From the NCBI GenBank assembly GCA_964016885.1, contig CAXHJY010000286.1, positions 1 through 64,000 on the forward strand: a stretch of DNA of 64,000 nucleotides. Direction: 5' to 3'. How positions within the stretch are numbered: the first letter of the stretch is position 1; each line of letters opens with the position of its first letter. Position numbers and translations under genes: made by a program. Of this stretch, positions 13,593-25,658 are shown piece by piece. The notes beneath the pieces were generated by a model, which was given only the letters and a program-made list of their open reading frames with translations, did not search any database and was not told the origin of the DNA. Origin of the DNA: Eledone cirrhosa (Eukaryota).

Positions 13593-13885
13593 ATACGTTA
13601 ACCTTGGTCTTCCTCTTCCAGTGTGTCGATGTAGGGGCTCCCACGGGAGCACTGTGTGCAGTGTCAACTCTGGATGTCGGTGAGCATGTCTAGCTAACCT
13701 AAGTCTCCTCTGTGTCACTTTTGAGCTGACTTTGGGAGGCTCCCATACAGCTCTGAGTTTTCCATCCTCAGTGTTAACGTATGTTGACGCTCTAAGGACA
13801 GACACTGGTCTGTTGGCGACGCAGGACATGGCAACGATAATGAGGGACAGCGACCGCTGGAGAGATCTCGTCCATGGATCTCAGG
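13593..13885. mobile_element. RTE 3' fragment with an inverted 5' half
   Basis: Minus strand encodes ..QRRLRLARHAHRHPE..WEP..GRGRPRLTY; plus strand from 13773 encodes the continuation LTYVDALRTDTGL..DSDRWRDLV. Confidence 0.8.
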
Positions 13886-13888
13886 AAT

Positions 13889-14012
13889 TTTTTACGATCT
13901 GAGTTCAAATCCCGCCGAGGTTGACTTTGCCTTTCATCCTTACGGGGTCGATAAAATAAAGTACCAGTAATGCACTGGGTAATTGCTGGCCTTGTGCCTA
14001 AAGTAGAAACAA
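13889..14012 (+). mobile_element. SINE main family, 5'-truncated
   Basis: gagttcaaatcccgccgagg..aagtagaaacaa. Confidence 0.9.
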
Positions 14013-14329
14013 GTATGTGTGTGGAATAAATGTTGATATATTCAATGATTTCTGACGTTCTCTCAAGACCACCACTATGTTATCAAAAGCCTCTTCACAT
14101 CTAAGCACGCAATTATGATACCAGATGAGCTTGAAACTGTAGTACACTCTAGAACTATAGTACTCTCATCTATATTTGACATCAGTGGAGGCTGGTTGAA
14201 AAAAGGAAAGACAAATTATTTTAAAAAAACCCCGTTTATAAGAAGCTAGTTATTTTAAAACCCCGTTTTGGTTGAGTTTTTTCTTAAAGAAATGATTTTA
14301 AAAAAAAACTCAACCATTGTATATCCAAA

Positions 14330-14720
14330 GAATGTTTGAATACGATGCTAACATACAAATCAAAATGGAGGTAACTACAACGTGTGGAATACTAAGGCGT
14401 GTTCCTTGGATAATCTGCACAGAAGCCATTACATCGTGTATTTATCGTTACAACCGTGTTTTACATCTCCTTAGTGTACCAACACATGAGCTCTTTCAGA
14501 CATTGTTACAAAGAAAACACTATATCGTTCTTGAAATACATCTGGCGAAAACGATAAGACGAAGTCTACCGACATCGCAAAGTCTATATTGGATGGAGCC
14601 ACACCATTCAGTAACGGTTCAAAACAATGCTATTTTTGTTTGATTGATAAATATCATATCATAGACTGCACCACAGCTAATAATGAACAGAAAATCAGGT
14701 CTCGTACTTGTCTTGCAAAC
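14330..14720 (+). pseudogene. Decayed Penelope-type GIY-YIG endonuclease C-terminus
   Basis: ILDGATPFSNGSKQCYFCLIDKYHII resembles the recalled PLE motif IL..A.PY.N.SKRC.LCL.EK..I; upstream sequence is disrupted. Confidence 0.5.
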
Positions 14721-15039
14721 ACAGTATGTAATGTTGACTCTTTCCGGAATTACAGACAAAGCAGCTGTTACGTCACACATCACATGACACATCGACATCT
14801 TGTCTTTTGCTTTGATAACTTTGACAAACATCCGGTTAAGATGGCTGTGTCCAAATATTTGGATAGTAGAAAAAACCGGCTATGGAAGTAACCACTGGCT
14901 CAAAACACACACACACACAGGCACACACACACAGGCACACACACACACAGGCACACACACACAGGCACACACACACAGGCACACACACACAGGCACACAC
15001 ACACACGCGCACACACAGGCGCGCGCACACGCGCACACG

Positions 15040-15215
15040 CAATCGTGAGGCTGTGAGTTCGATTCCCGAACCGGTCGAATGTGTTATGTCCTTGAGCAAG
15101 ACACTTTATTTCACGTTGCTTCTTCTACCTGGAGTTGCGACCGATAGATAGTATTAGCAATTGGAAAGACCAACGGAAACATTGTTTCCTCGGTCCGATT
15201 TGACGAAAGTCAATC
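15040..15215 (+). mobile_element. Second SINE family (CORE-like body)
   Basis: B-box gagttcgattccc, then gtccttgagcaagacactttatttcacgttgct; 3' part shared with 24478-24550 and 35935-36000. Confidence 0.75.
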
Positions 15216-15232
15216 GACTGTCTATATATATA

Positions 15233-15457
15233 TATACAAGTTAATATAAATTAATATATGATAAACACATAAGTGTTTGTATTGTAAAAGACGAAGTTAG
15301 CTAGAATGAAATAAACTAATTCAAATAAAAATAGTTTGCCTGTCTCGATTTAAAATAATAAATCAATAAAAACAAACCCATATTGGCAATCGGCTCAGAA
15401 ATGCTTCTTTCTTTGAGCTAATTAATTGTAAAGGACTGTTTGAGTTTATAACTCTAA

Positions 15458-15462
<5 letters not shown>
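15233..15462. mobile_element. TA-embedded element of the 22558-22790 family
   Basis: Shares tgtttg.attgtaaa.gac and cggctca..tttctt.gagcta.ttaattgta..gact.tttgagtt with that copy. Confidence 0.6.
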
Positions 15463-15497
<35 letters not shown>

Positions 15498-16484
15498 AAA
15501 AAAAAAAAAGAATGACTTCACTTGTAGTGTTAAAAAATCTTTTTGATTTAATTTTATAATATTATGAGTTGGTAGATCCAGTTATATATATATAGAAGCG
15601 GCAATGGAGATACGAACCGACGAAAGTTCGTACTAAAATGCGATCTGCAATCACAAAACAAATAAAATAAAATAAAATAAAATAAAAACAAAAACGCTAC
15701 ATATGCTTTCGTTATGAAACAGTCTGGTTATAAGGAAAGGGATATCAAAATAGTCTGTTTTTGATCCTTTAATAGCATGAGCCCTAACATCCCCGATTTA
15801 GGAAATTTTTGGTTTTTGATTGCAGCCGGTTTCAATCTTTTTGTATTCGTTTAAAAAACAAACAACAACAACAATAATAATAACAAGAACAATTCTCTTT
15901 GTTCTCTAGAATCACTTGTGCGTGTTTTCACGTTGCTGTACATTTATCTGCAGCTCTCTCACCACTTAGAAACTATGTCAGCTGAGCGGAAGGAATCTCT
16001 TTGTACAAAACAAAGTAACAAGTTACCGACAAACAGCAGACCCTATAAGGAAATAGTTATACAGTGTGGAAATGTTGATTCTCCTCCCCTTTTGCAACAC
16101 AGCTGTGTCAGTTCTCTAGGAGGAGAGTTGATGAATGAAGGCGAGGAAATATATATATATATATATTTAAAAAAGGGGAGATAAAAAGAATAAGTAAATA
16201 GGGGTTGGGGAGAGGGGGAGGAGTTAGAGATGAGGAATTAAATCGTTGTAGCTGTAATTGTAGTTATAATGAGAAAACAGAAGCGAGACAAAAGGAAAAT
16301 ACTAGAAGGGAGTCTGTAGATATGTAAATATAGGTAGGCTTCAATAGGCTTGTATACTGCTTGCGTGCATTTCGATACGCACGTATACACACGCACACAC
16401 ATATATACATATATATATATATACACACGCACACACACACACACACACATGCCCATATATATACGTATATATTACATATATATA

Positions 16485-16553
16485 TTGGATCGTAAAGTAT
16501 GAAATTTGTAAAAAATGTCTTTTTTTTTTTCTACAAATTTCATACTTGACGAC

Positions 16554-16558
<5 letters not shown>
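16485..16558. repeat. Fold-back palindrome (~30-bp arms) between TA tracts
   Basis: tcgtaaagtatgaaatttgta / tacaaatttcatacttgacga. Confidence 0.85.
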
Positions 16559-16592
<34 letters not shown>

Positions 16593-17890
16593 CTCTCTCT
16601 ATATATATATCTATCTATATATCTATCTATATATCTATATATATATCTCTATATATATCTCTATATATATCTATATATATATATCTATATATATATCTAT
16701 ATATATCTATATATATATATATATATATATATCTATATATATCTATATCTATATATATATCTATATCTATATATATATCTATATCTATATATATATATCT
16801 ATATCTATATATATATATCTATATATATCTATATATATCTATATATATATATATATCTATATATATATATATATATCTATATATATATATATATATCTAT
16901 ATCTATATATATATATCTATCTATATATATATATATATCTATATATAAATATATCTATATATATATATATAGATATATCTATATATATATATATAGATAT
17001 ATATATATATATATCTATATCTATATATCTATCTATATCTATCTATATCTATATATATATATATATATATCTATATATATATATCTATATATATATATAT
17101 ATATCTATATATATATATATATATCTATATATCTATATATATATATATATATCTATATATCTATATATATATCTATATATATATATCTATATATATATAT
17201 ATATATATCTATATATATATATATATATCTATATATATATATATCTATATATATATATATCTATATATCTATATATATCTATCTATCTATATATATATAT
17301 CTATATATATATATCTATCTATATATATATATCTATATATATATATCTATCTATATATATCTATCTATCTATCTATATATATATATCTATATCTATATAT
17401 CTATATATATCTATCTATCTATATATATATATCTATATATATATATCTATATATATCTATCTATCTATATATATATATCTATATATATATATCTATATAT
17501 ATATATCTATATCTATATATATATATCTATATATATATATCTATATATATATATCTATATATATATATCTATATATCTATATATATATATCTATATATAT
17601 ATATCTATATATATATATCTATATATCTATATATATATATCTATATATCTATATATATATATCTATATATCTATATATCTATATATATATATATCTATAT
17701 ATATATCTATATATCTATATATCTATATCTATATATCTATATCTATATATATATATCTATATCTATATATATATATATCTATATATATATATATCTATAT
17801 ATATATATATATATATATCTATATATATATATATCTATCTATATCTATATCTATATATATATATCTATATATATATATATATATATCCAT
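16559..17890. repeat. (TA)n/(TATC)n microsatellite, 1.3 kb
   Basis: Direct inspection. Confidence 0.97.
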
Positions 17891-17894
17891 ATAA

Positions 17895-18145
17895 GCAAAA
17901 GGGATATTTAATCTGTTGGTAATTCAACAAATATATATGTTTATAACTGATTCGAAGCACTCGACAAGTTTTCAATGATATTAAATAAATTGAAACTATA
18001 TTTATAAAACCATATTTATTCTATTATATATATTTCAAGGGTACCAAAACTTTGGTACGCTCTCATCAGATAAAATACAAAATTTGTTTTATAAATATTG
18101 ACATATCCAGGAAGATCTTAACGGTTCAAGTTTTTCCTGGATATA
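17895..18145 (-). mobile_element. Penelope-like pLTR remnant (family of 38430-39107)
   Basis: Homology to 38440-38630; contains a hammerhead; terminal hairpin 18102-18145. Confidence 0.7.
18019..18075 (-). ncRNA. Type I hammerhead ribozyme
   Basis: ttttat CTGATGA gagc gtaccaaa gt tttggtac cctt GAAA tatata TA atagaa. Confidence 0.85.
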
Positions 18146-18151
18146 TATATA

Positions 18152-18320
18152 TAATGAAATTCTGTTATAACGAAAATCCGCGGGGTATAAAAAAAATTCG
18201 TTGTAATGAAAAATTCTTTATAACGAGATCGACCTAACACATCGAGCGTGTGACTGGGGATTGAAAAATATTTCGTTATACTGAAATATTCGTTATAATG
18301 GGATTCGTTATAACGGAATA
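18152..18320. mobile_element. pogo/Tigger-like MITE
   Basis: ttctgttataacgaa / ttcgttataacggaa ends, internal ttcgttata repeats, TA flanks. Confidence 0.6.
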
Positions 18321-18574
18321 TATATATATGTATATATATCTAAATGTACAATAGAACATATAAAACTTTACAAGAGACAATCTGTATAGAATGTAAGACC
18401 ACGTATCATATTAAATATAGATACCTGATCAAAATTATATATATTTTATATTAAATGGTCAGATTTATTCTTTTAATTTTTCTTGAGCTTATTTTGGGAG
18501 ATAAGACGCATGTTTGATATTATCTCAAACATGACATCCATAACTTTGAACGTAATATATATATATATATATAT

Positions 18575-18830
18575 AGTATAAAAGAGAAAAAACACAGGTA
18601 AGCATTAAGAGAAGGATTTTATCCAGGTATTTACGGTCGTAAATACCTGGATAAAATCCTTCTCTTAATGCTTACCTGTGTTTTTTCTCTTTTATACTGT
18701 ATACTCCAAGATTGAACGGAATTCTTACAAACTTGTGGAGTTACCCCTAACCGTACGTTGAAACCATCCATGAAACTGGCTTTCTTAACCAAAAACTGGA
18801 TCACAATAAGCAATTTTTTGCTTCTCTAAC
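18575..18830 (+). mobile_element. TA-embedded element with a perfect 61-bp-arm palindrome (18575-18698)
   Basis: Arms are exact reverse complements with a 2-nt loop (gt); ~130-bp unpaired tail. Confidence 0.8.
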
Positions 18831-18857
18831 TATATATATATATATATATATTACGTT

Positions 18858-18900
<43 letters not shown>

Positions 18901-18901
<1 letters not shown>

Positions 18902-19100
18902 CCTGATTAATTCTTTTGTTGTTTTACTATTGTATGGTTGGGTTTTGCCTACCGCAATTTTCAATTTGTCAAGCTATTTAAACGTAATGTTATTACTCTA
19001 AGGACCTACCCTTATTGAGTGCTTTGCTACTCATTCCTTATTGTAGGTCGTCTTTGCTTGGCCACAGCCAAAGCTTCGATTTGACTAAGCTTCCACTTGT
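18901..19100 (+). mobile_element. TA-embedded repeat, homologous to 36035-36186
   Basis: Shared aacgtaatgttattactct..gagtgct..gctac..gcttggcc..aaagcttcg. Confidence 0.6.
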
Positions 19101-19116
19101 GTGTGTATATATATAT

Positions 19117-19726
19117 ATGGTGGCTGCCAACTCGTTTTCGAGTACGGCCACTACTTTATATCCATGTAGGAGAACTCCTACCAATGCGCTGAACGAGTGT
19201 GACTTTTTAGTCCAGCCAGCGACTTGAAAACTCTGGTACAAACACTACACTTGTGACAATTATTGACACATAGTGCTGGGCCCATGGTACCATGTGAGGA
19301 CAAGTGCAGAGAGATCTCCAGATATAAAGCAATGCCTGTGCCGTGAAGCTTTTATAGTGAGCAAAGGCACTGCACAAAGCCAGTCCCACTCTCTTAACCA
19401 AGATGATATTTACCAAAAAGAAGAACAAGTCAACATCATTGGATACCATCAGGGTTGCAGGTGTTATATCAGAGTTTTCCTTCTCCTAGAATTCTGCCTT
19501 GACAAAGGCTAAGGGGTCATCTCTCCCGGTGATTTTGGATGGCCATTGACTCTTAAGAGCTCCTTAGCCCTTTGACAGGTTTTGTTTTTAGTCCTGCAGG
19601 ATGTCCAAAATCACCCTCCTCACCAAGAAACCTTGGTGGGGTTGCCAGTTTAGTCGCCAACGACCCGACCATGAGACAGGTTGTACTGGGATACATGTTA
19701 CCAGTAGCACCAAGTGGTGACCTGAC

Positions 19727-19727
<1 letters not shown>
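19117..19727 (-). mobile_element. ~610-bp element, full length
   Basis: Near-identical reverse complement of 29161-29770; TA flanks. Confidence 0.9.
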
Positions 19728-19761
<34 letters not shown>

Positions 19762-19934
19762 TACACACAGGGTGTATGAAAAAGAATCAGTTTTATTTAC
19801 AATGTTTATTTAACTTTATTATAAAAATATAAAATTCTATATTCAGATATCTATTGTACAAGTTACCACATAATTATATATATATATGTGTATATGTATA
19901 TATATATATACATACATACATACATATATACATA

Positions 19935-20340
19935 TGATGACCCCTTAGCCTTTGTCAAGGCAGAATTCTAGGAGAAGGAAAACTCTGATATAACACCTGC
20001 AACCCTGATGGTATCCAATGATGTTGACTTGTTCTTCTTTTTGGTAAATATCATCTTGGTTAAGAGAGTGGGACTGGCTTTGTGCAGTGCCTTTGCTCAC
20101 TATAAAAGCTTCACGGCACAGGCATTGCTTTATATCTGGAGATCTCTCTGCACTTGTCGTCACATGGTACCATGGGCCCAGCACTATGTGTCAGTAATTG
20201 TCACAAGTGTAGTGTTTGTACCAGAGTTTTCAAGTCGCTGGCTGGACTAAAAAGTCACACTCATTCAGCGCATCGGTAGGGGTTTTCCTACATGGATATA
20301 AATTAGTGGCCGTACTCGAAAACGAGTTGGCAGCCACCAT
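19935..20340 (+). mobile_element. ~610-bp element, 5'-truncated
   Basis: Matches 29365-29770. Confidence 0.9.
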
Positions 20341-20554
20341 ATATATATATATATATGTATATATATGTATGTATGTATATATATGTGTGTGTGTGTGTGT
20401 GTGTATACACGTATGGAAATATAAACAAACATCTTACGAAGAGGTAAGGCAATAAAGTTTATAGATGTAGTAAGTTCAGACGCAGGAAATAACTATTAAA
20501 TAGCTAATAAAATAAGGCAAAGACCCTTAGAGACGGGAAAAGAAGTTAACAGCG

Positions 20555-20625
20555 GCCGCTACGATGGATTGAACCTCAAATCTCTCAGATATTGACTAAG
20601 TGCTCTAGCCATTGAGCTAAGAGAC
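20555..20625 (-). other. tRNA-like pseudogene / Pol III head
   Basis: A box TAGCTCAATGG and B box GGTTCAATCC at tRNA spacing; acceptor stem does not pair well. Confidence 0.6.
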
Positions 20626-20644
20626 TTCTGACAGCATCTTGCCG

Positions 20645-20732
20645 CCTCTCTCTCTTTCTCTTTCTATTTCTCTATCTTTCTCTTTCTCTATCTTTCTCTA
20701 TCTTTCTCTTTCTCTATCTTTCTCTTTCTCTA

Positions 20733-20763
<31 letters not shown>

Positions 20764-20850
20764 CTCTCTCTCTCTTCCTCTCTCTTTTCCTCTCTCTCTT
20801 CCTCTTTCTCTTTCTCTCTCTTCCCCCCCTCTCTCTCTCCTGCCCTATCT
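20645..20850. repeat. (CT)n-rich microsatellite
   Basis: Direct inspection. Confidence 0.95.
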
Positions 20851-21002
20851 ATCAATTTCCCGTCCATCAATCCTCTCTCTCATTCTTTTGCAATTCGACC
20901 ACTGGTCTGATCAGTCAACTTCGCCACGTCTCTCTCCTTTAATATTGGTGCTATGGCCATTGCTCCAACTAACTTGTATCGATTCCTATATTCCTATCAC
21001 GA

Positions 21003-21810
21003 TTCTCTACCCACATGTATGTGTAGCATTCTCTACCCACATGTATGTGTTGCATTCTCTACCCACATGTATGTGTAGCATTCTCTACCCACATGTATGT
21101 GTAGCATTCTCTACCCACATGTATGTGTAGCATTCTCTACCCACATGTATGTGTTGCATTCTCTACCCACATGTATGTGTAGCATTCTCTACCCACATGT
21201 ATGTGTTGCATTCTCTACCCACATGTATGTGTAGCATTCTCTACCCACATGTATGTGTAGCATTCTCTACCCACATGTATGTGTAGCATTCTCTACCCAC
21301 ATGTATGTGTTGCATTCTCTACCCACATGTATGTGTAGCATTCTCTACCCACATGTATGTGTAGCATTCTCTACCCACATGTATGTGTAGCATTCTCTAC
21401 CCACATGTATGTGTAGCATTCTCTACCCACATGTATATGTAGCATTCTCTACCCACATGTATGTGTTGCATTCTCTACCCACATGTATGTGTTGTATTCT
21501 CTACCCACATGTATGTGTTGCATTCTCTACCCACATGTATGTGTTGCATTCTCTACCCACATGTATGTGTTGCATTCTCTACCCACATGTATGTGTAGCA
21601 TTCTCTACCCAAATGTATGTGTTGCATTCTCTACCCACATGTATGTGTAGCATTCTCTACCCAAATGTATGTGTTGCATTCTCTACCCACATGTATGTGT
21701 AGCATTCTCTACCCACATGTATGTGTTGCATTCTCTACCCACACGTATGTGTAGCATTCTCTACCCACATGTATGTGTTGCATTCTCTACCCACATGTAT
21801 GTGTTGCATT
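21003..21810. repeat. 26-bp minisatellite (cattctctacccacatgtatgtgtWg), ~31 copies
   Basis: Exact periodicity with an a/t variant site. Confidence 0.97.
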
Positions 21811-21934
21811 CGATTGTACCAATTTTTCTGCCCCATATCGGTATGTAGATATTTCGTTTCGTTTTTTGTCAAACGTCTGTTGTATTATATATATATATAT
21901 ATATAGTTATGTAATAAACAACATAAGGCAATTA

Positions 21935-21994
21935 TTCCATTTACCAGTGGTTTCTTAAAAGCAAAAAAAATTGCTTTCAATCATCAGAATGAAA
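21935..21994 (-). ncRNA. Type I hammerhead ribozyme
   Basis: tttcatt CTGATGA ttgaaagcaa..ttgcttttaa GAAA ccactgg TA aatggaa. Confidence 0.8.
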
Positions 21995-22040
21995 AAAAAC
22001 TTGGTGTATTTATTCAATATCAATAAATACACCAGGATTT

Positions 22041-22100
22041 TTTCATTCTGATGATTGAAAGCAACATTTTTTGCTTTTAAGAAACCACTGATAAATGGAA
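22041..22100 (+). ncRNA. Type I hammerhead ribozyme (one stem III mismatch)
   Basis: tttcatt CTGATGA ttgaaagcaa catttt ttgcttttaa GAAA ccactga TA aatggaa. Confidence 0.7.
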
Positions 22101-22201
22101 TAATTGCCTTATGTTGTTTATTACATAACTATTAAGCTCTGTTACCTACATAGAGCACTCTTTTTTCCTGGACTTTTCCGACGGAATTACTTCATTCACA
22201 T

Positions 22202-22254
<53 letters not shown>

Positions 22255-22498
22255 AACAGCTGGTGATATGCATGTAAGTAAATATTCTCTTTATCTGATA
22301 TTTTATAACTAACCTTACATAGATCAATAACGGAGTATAGCTACAATATATTATCTAGAAACGATCGTAAAGCAGTGAAGTATATCTCTAATGACTTGAT
22401 TTTTTATTTCATTGTTTTAACTTATATATATATATATATGTATATATATTATGGAATACTGTTGGCTTTTTGCTACAATGTTTTCTATACCTTTCATT

Positions 22499-22557
<59 letters not shown>

Positions 22558-22565
<8 letters not shown>

Positions 22566-22786
22566 GAATATACAAGAGATAAACACAAATATAAACATAC
22601 ATGTGTTTGAATTGTAAAGGACCAGGGTTCGCTAGGGTGAACCTGGTCCTTTACAATTCAAACACATGTATGTTTATATTTGTGTTTATCTCTTGTATAT
22701 TCAATTATATTACACGGCTCATAAAAATTTCTTTCTTGGAGCTATTTAATTGTAGGAGACTATTTTGAGTTTCTAACTCAATATCT

Positions 22787-22790
<4 letters not shown>
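22558..22790 (+). mobile_element. TA-embedded fold-back element (~70-bp arms, 22558-22710) plus tail
   Basis: aattgaatatacaagagataaacac..ggaccagg / cctggtcc..gtgtttatctcttgtatattcaatt. Confidence 0.8.
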
Positions 22791-22858
<68 letters not shown>

Positions 22859-22901
22859 AAAGAACACAAGAGCGTCTACAACATCAACAGATTTTTTATT
22901 G

Positions 22902-22946
22902 GCTTACAATGTTTCTTCCTTACGTAACCGTAAGATTCGTCAGAGC
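22902..22946 (-). ncRNA. Minimal type I hammerhead ribozyme within TA-flanked island 22856-23050
   Basis: gct CTGACGA at cttacg gtta cgtaag gaa GAAA cattg TA agc; stem I is short. Confidence 0.7.
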
Positions 22947-23071
22947 TATAAAAGGGGACAGCTCTGCTCCAAAGCATAGAGCTAATTATTATGCTGCCAA
23001 TACCTTAATGGGACACGGGTATACAATACCTAACTCCTATTAACCTAAGTATATATATATATATATATATT

Positions 23072-23265
23072 TATTTGAAAAAAGTAAAAGAATGTCTTCA
23101 CTTGTAGTAGGTATTCTAAACAATTTAATTTTATAATTTTGCTATGTAGATCGACATAGCAAAATTATAAAATTAAATTTAGAATACCAACTACAAGTGA
23201 AGTCATTCTTTTACTTTTTTCAAATATACCTATCTGTAACAAGGATTTCACACATTTTCCTGTAC
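23072..23265 (+). mobile_element. TA-embedded fold-back element (~75-bp arms, 23072-23226); relative at 15493-15585
   Basis: tatttgaaaaaagtaaaagaatg.cttcacttgtagt / actacaagtgaagtcattcttttacttttttcaaata. Confidence 0.8.
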
Positions 23266-23587
23266 GTGCGTGCGTGCGTGCGTGTGTGTGTGTGTTCTTC
23301 TGGTTTTATAATTTCACAAAGTTTTACCAATAGAGAGAGAGTCGGTTTCTAACATAGACACAAGACTCTCTCATTGGAATTTACACAACATCAACTAGGT
23401 AGATATGTATGCATGCATGTGTAGATATGGATGTTATTGTATGTGTGGATGTGGATGTTTTGAGTTGTATGTGTGCATGTGTATATGCTTTGCATCTGTA
23501 CATGTGTATATGTTATTAGCTGCAAAATTTTTGGAACGTTTTACATATTTTTACTGTTCCATTAATGTATGTATGTATGTATGTATA

Positions 23588-23780
23588 TAGGAAGAGAGTC
23601 AGGATACCGACGGCTGAGCTCCGGCTTTTTCGACAGCTAGATCCGATCAGTTCGGATCTAGCTGTCAAAACGGCCGGAGCTCAGCCGTCGGTATTCTGAC
23701 CTTTTTCCTACTACCCTAAGTATTGAGTACTCTGGTGCGTTATGGTCCACCTGGTATCTTACCACGCCCCCTTTATTGTT
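23588..23780 (+). mobile_element. Fold-back element (~58-bp arms, 23588-23710) plus tail
   Basis: ccgacggctgagctccggc..gacagctagatccga / tcggatctagctgtc..gccggagctcagccgtcgg. Confidence 0.8.
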
Positions 23781-24089
23781 TATATATGTGTGTGTGAGGT
23801 ATATATGCTCATTAGTGTTGTATCTAATCAAGGAAGGATATGTAACTATTGTAGAACTTGATATAGTGTTGATATGAATATCCGATTGAAACAAAAGGAA
23901 ATCTGTTTTTGTGGAAAGTTGATACTTTCATATATTTCGTCAAGTATTCAAAGCTACAGAATCACAGATACTTAACGTTAAGCAATTAAAGAATAACACA
24001 ACTCCATAACATTAGCCTCGAAAACGCACAGCCATTCTGCTGTCTAACATCAGAAACATTGATAATGCTATTGAGTTATATGGTATGGC

Positions 24090-24425
24090 ATGGTCCCGTA
24101 ACTACCTATAGTGTTGTAGGAGTATCATATTGACATACGGCGTTTCTTGGGCATTTTAAAGCCTGGCGGAGCCCATCCCTCTCTAGGCCTGAGTACAGCA
24201 GATTTCTTTCAGAGAAAGATAAAAAGTGAGAGATAGGAAATGAGAAAGAGATATAGAGGAAGAATCGACCCCAGTACTAGACTGGTACTTTTTTATTGAC
24301 CTCGAAAGGGCGAAAGGCAAAGTTAGTTAACCTTGGCGGGATTTGAACTCCAAGAGCAGAGAGCTGGAACGGGTACCATAAAGCATTCTATCGGACGTTC
24401 TTACGACTCTGCCCATTCACCGCCA
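24090..24425 (-). mobile_element. tRNA-derived SINE, long-tail subfamily
   Basis: Head ggcggtgaatgggcagagtcgtaagaacgtccga, B box, core and long tail. Confidence 0.8.
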
Positions 24426-24624
24426 TTGAGTTATATAATTACTATCAATTGGTCAGCTCAGATTCCTGGTTGGATTTGTGACCGGTAGATAGTATTAGCA
24501 ATTGGAAAGACCATTGGAAACATTGTTTCCTTGGTCCAATTTGATGAGATCCGCCCAATTCATTAAGTGAATGAGATATGGGATCTTGTCGATTGGTCAG
24601 CCCCTCGATAATTTAGTTCAATGT

Positions 24625-24768
24625 CTCACTCACTCACTCACTCACTCACTCACTCACTCACTCACTCACTCACTCACTCACTCACTCACTCACTCACTCT
24701 CTCACTCTCTCACTCTCTCACTCACTCACTCACTCACTCACTCTCTCACTCTCTCACTCTCTCTCTCC
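24625..24768. repeat. (CACT)n microsatellite
   Basis: Direct inspection. Confidence 0.95.
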
Positions 24769-25239
24769 TTTAAATGGCATTTGAGTTTCGTTGAAGTCAT
24801 CGTCTGATTATTCGATAGAATAAAGTACCAGTAACGGACTAGGGGTCGATTTAATCCAGTTTCCTCTCCCCAAAATTGTTAATTAACCTTGCACCCCAAT
24901 CAGAAACCATTATCGAAGATATAAAGGCTCTCCTTTGTGTTTTTTATACTATTTTATACATATTTAGATTGTCTCCTTAGCTTTAGGTCTTCGCTGTCGT
25001 ACTTCTAACAAGATTTCGCTGCTGTAATGCTTCATTTATGACTTATGTAAACATATTCCTCAAGTGCACATAGTATTTTATTAGTTGTAAAGTCATTACG
25101 TAATGCATGTTCTAAAATTGTTTTGTGGTGTTCAGTAGATTTTGTAGGGGTTTTGTTTTAGGGGACGGGGGTAGTGCAGACAGGACTGTCTTTTACAGTT
25201 TTTAGTAGACATATAATGGTTTATGATTTAACTAAAAAG

Positions 25240-25530
25240 GCCAACAATTTAGGGAGAGGTAAAAGTCTATTACACAGATCCCAGTACATGACTCAGACTC
25301 AGAAGCGACACATGAGGCAATCATAGTGTTCCACCGCGTTCGGTCAGCAGCCAGTTGCACAGCGTCCCGCCATTGTCTGTTTGTCGCTCGCAGGTCCCTC
25401 TCAACTGTCTGGCACTTTATTTCATCGACCCCGTAAGGATGAAAGGCAGAACTAACCTCGGCGGGATTTGAACTCGAACGTAATGGGTCGTAATTATATG
25501 CCACAAAGCATATTGTCCGATGCTCTACCG
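25240..25530 (-). mobile_element. SINE interrupted by an RTE 3' end (~25290-25410)
   Basis: Insert encodes VERDLRATNRQWRDAVQLAADRTRW and has a (gagtct)n tail; SINE core continues on both sides. Confidence 0.7.
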
Positions 25531-25658
25531 ACATGTGGTATTCCAACAGCTCAATAGCTAATGACACACTACGTCAGTTGAGGTTTTCTTTCATTTTTGT
25601 AGTATTATATTCTTAAATAACATATTTGTTGGTTTGTTCCATCATTATTTCTACTTAA

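Larger units (their letters stand above)
21903..22200 (+). mobile_element. Penelope-like pLTR fold-back (~112-bp arms, 21903-22132) plus ~70-bp tail
   Basis: Near-perfect inverted arms, each with a hammerhead; TA flanks. Confidence 0.8.

Noticed and set aside
20555-20625. Functional tRNA gene
   Set aside because: Acceptor and anticodon stems do not pair adequately; treated as a tRNA-derived repeat
23327-23377. SECIS-like long hairpin preceded by ATGA on the minus strand
   Set aside because: No GA on the 3' side to form the quartet
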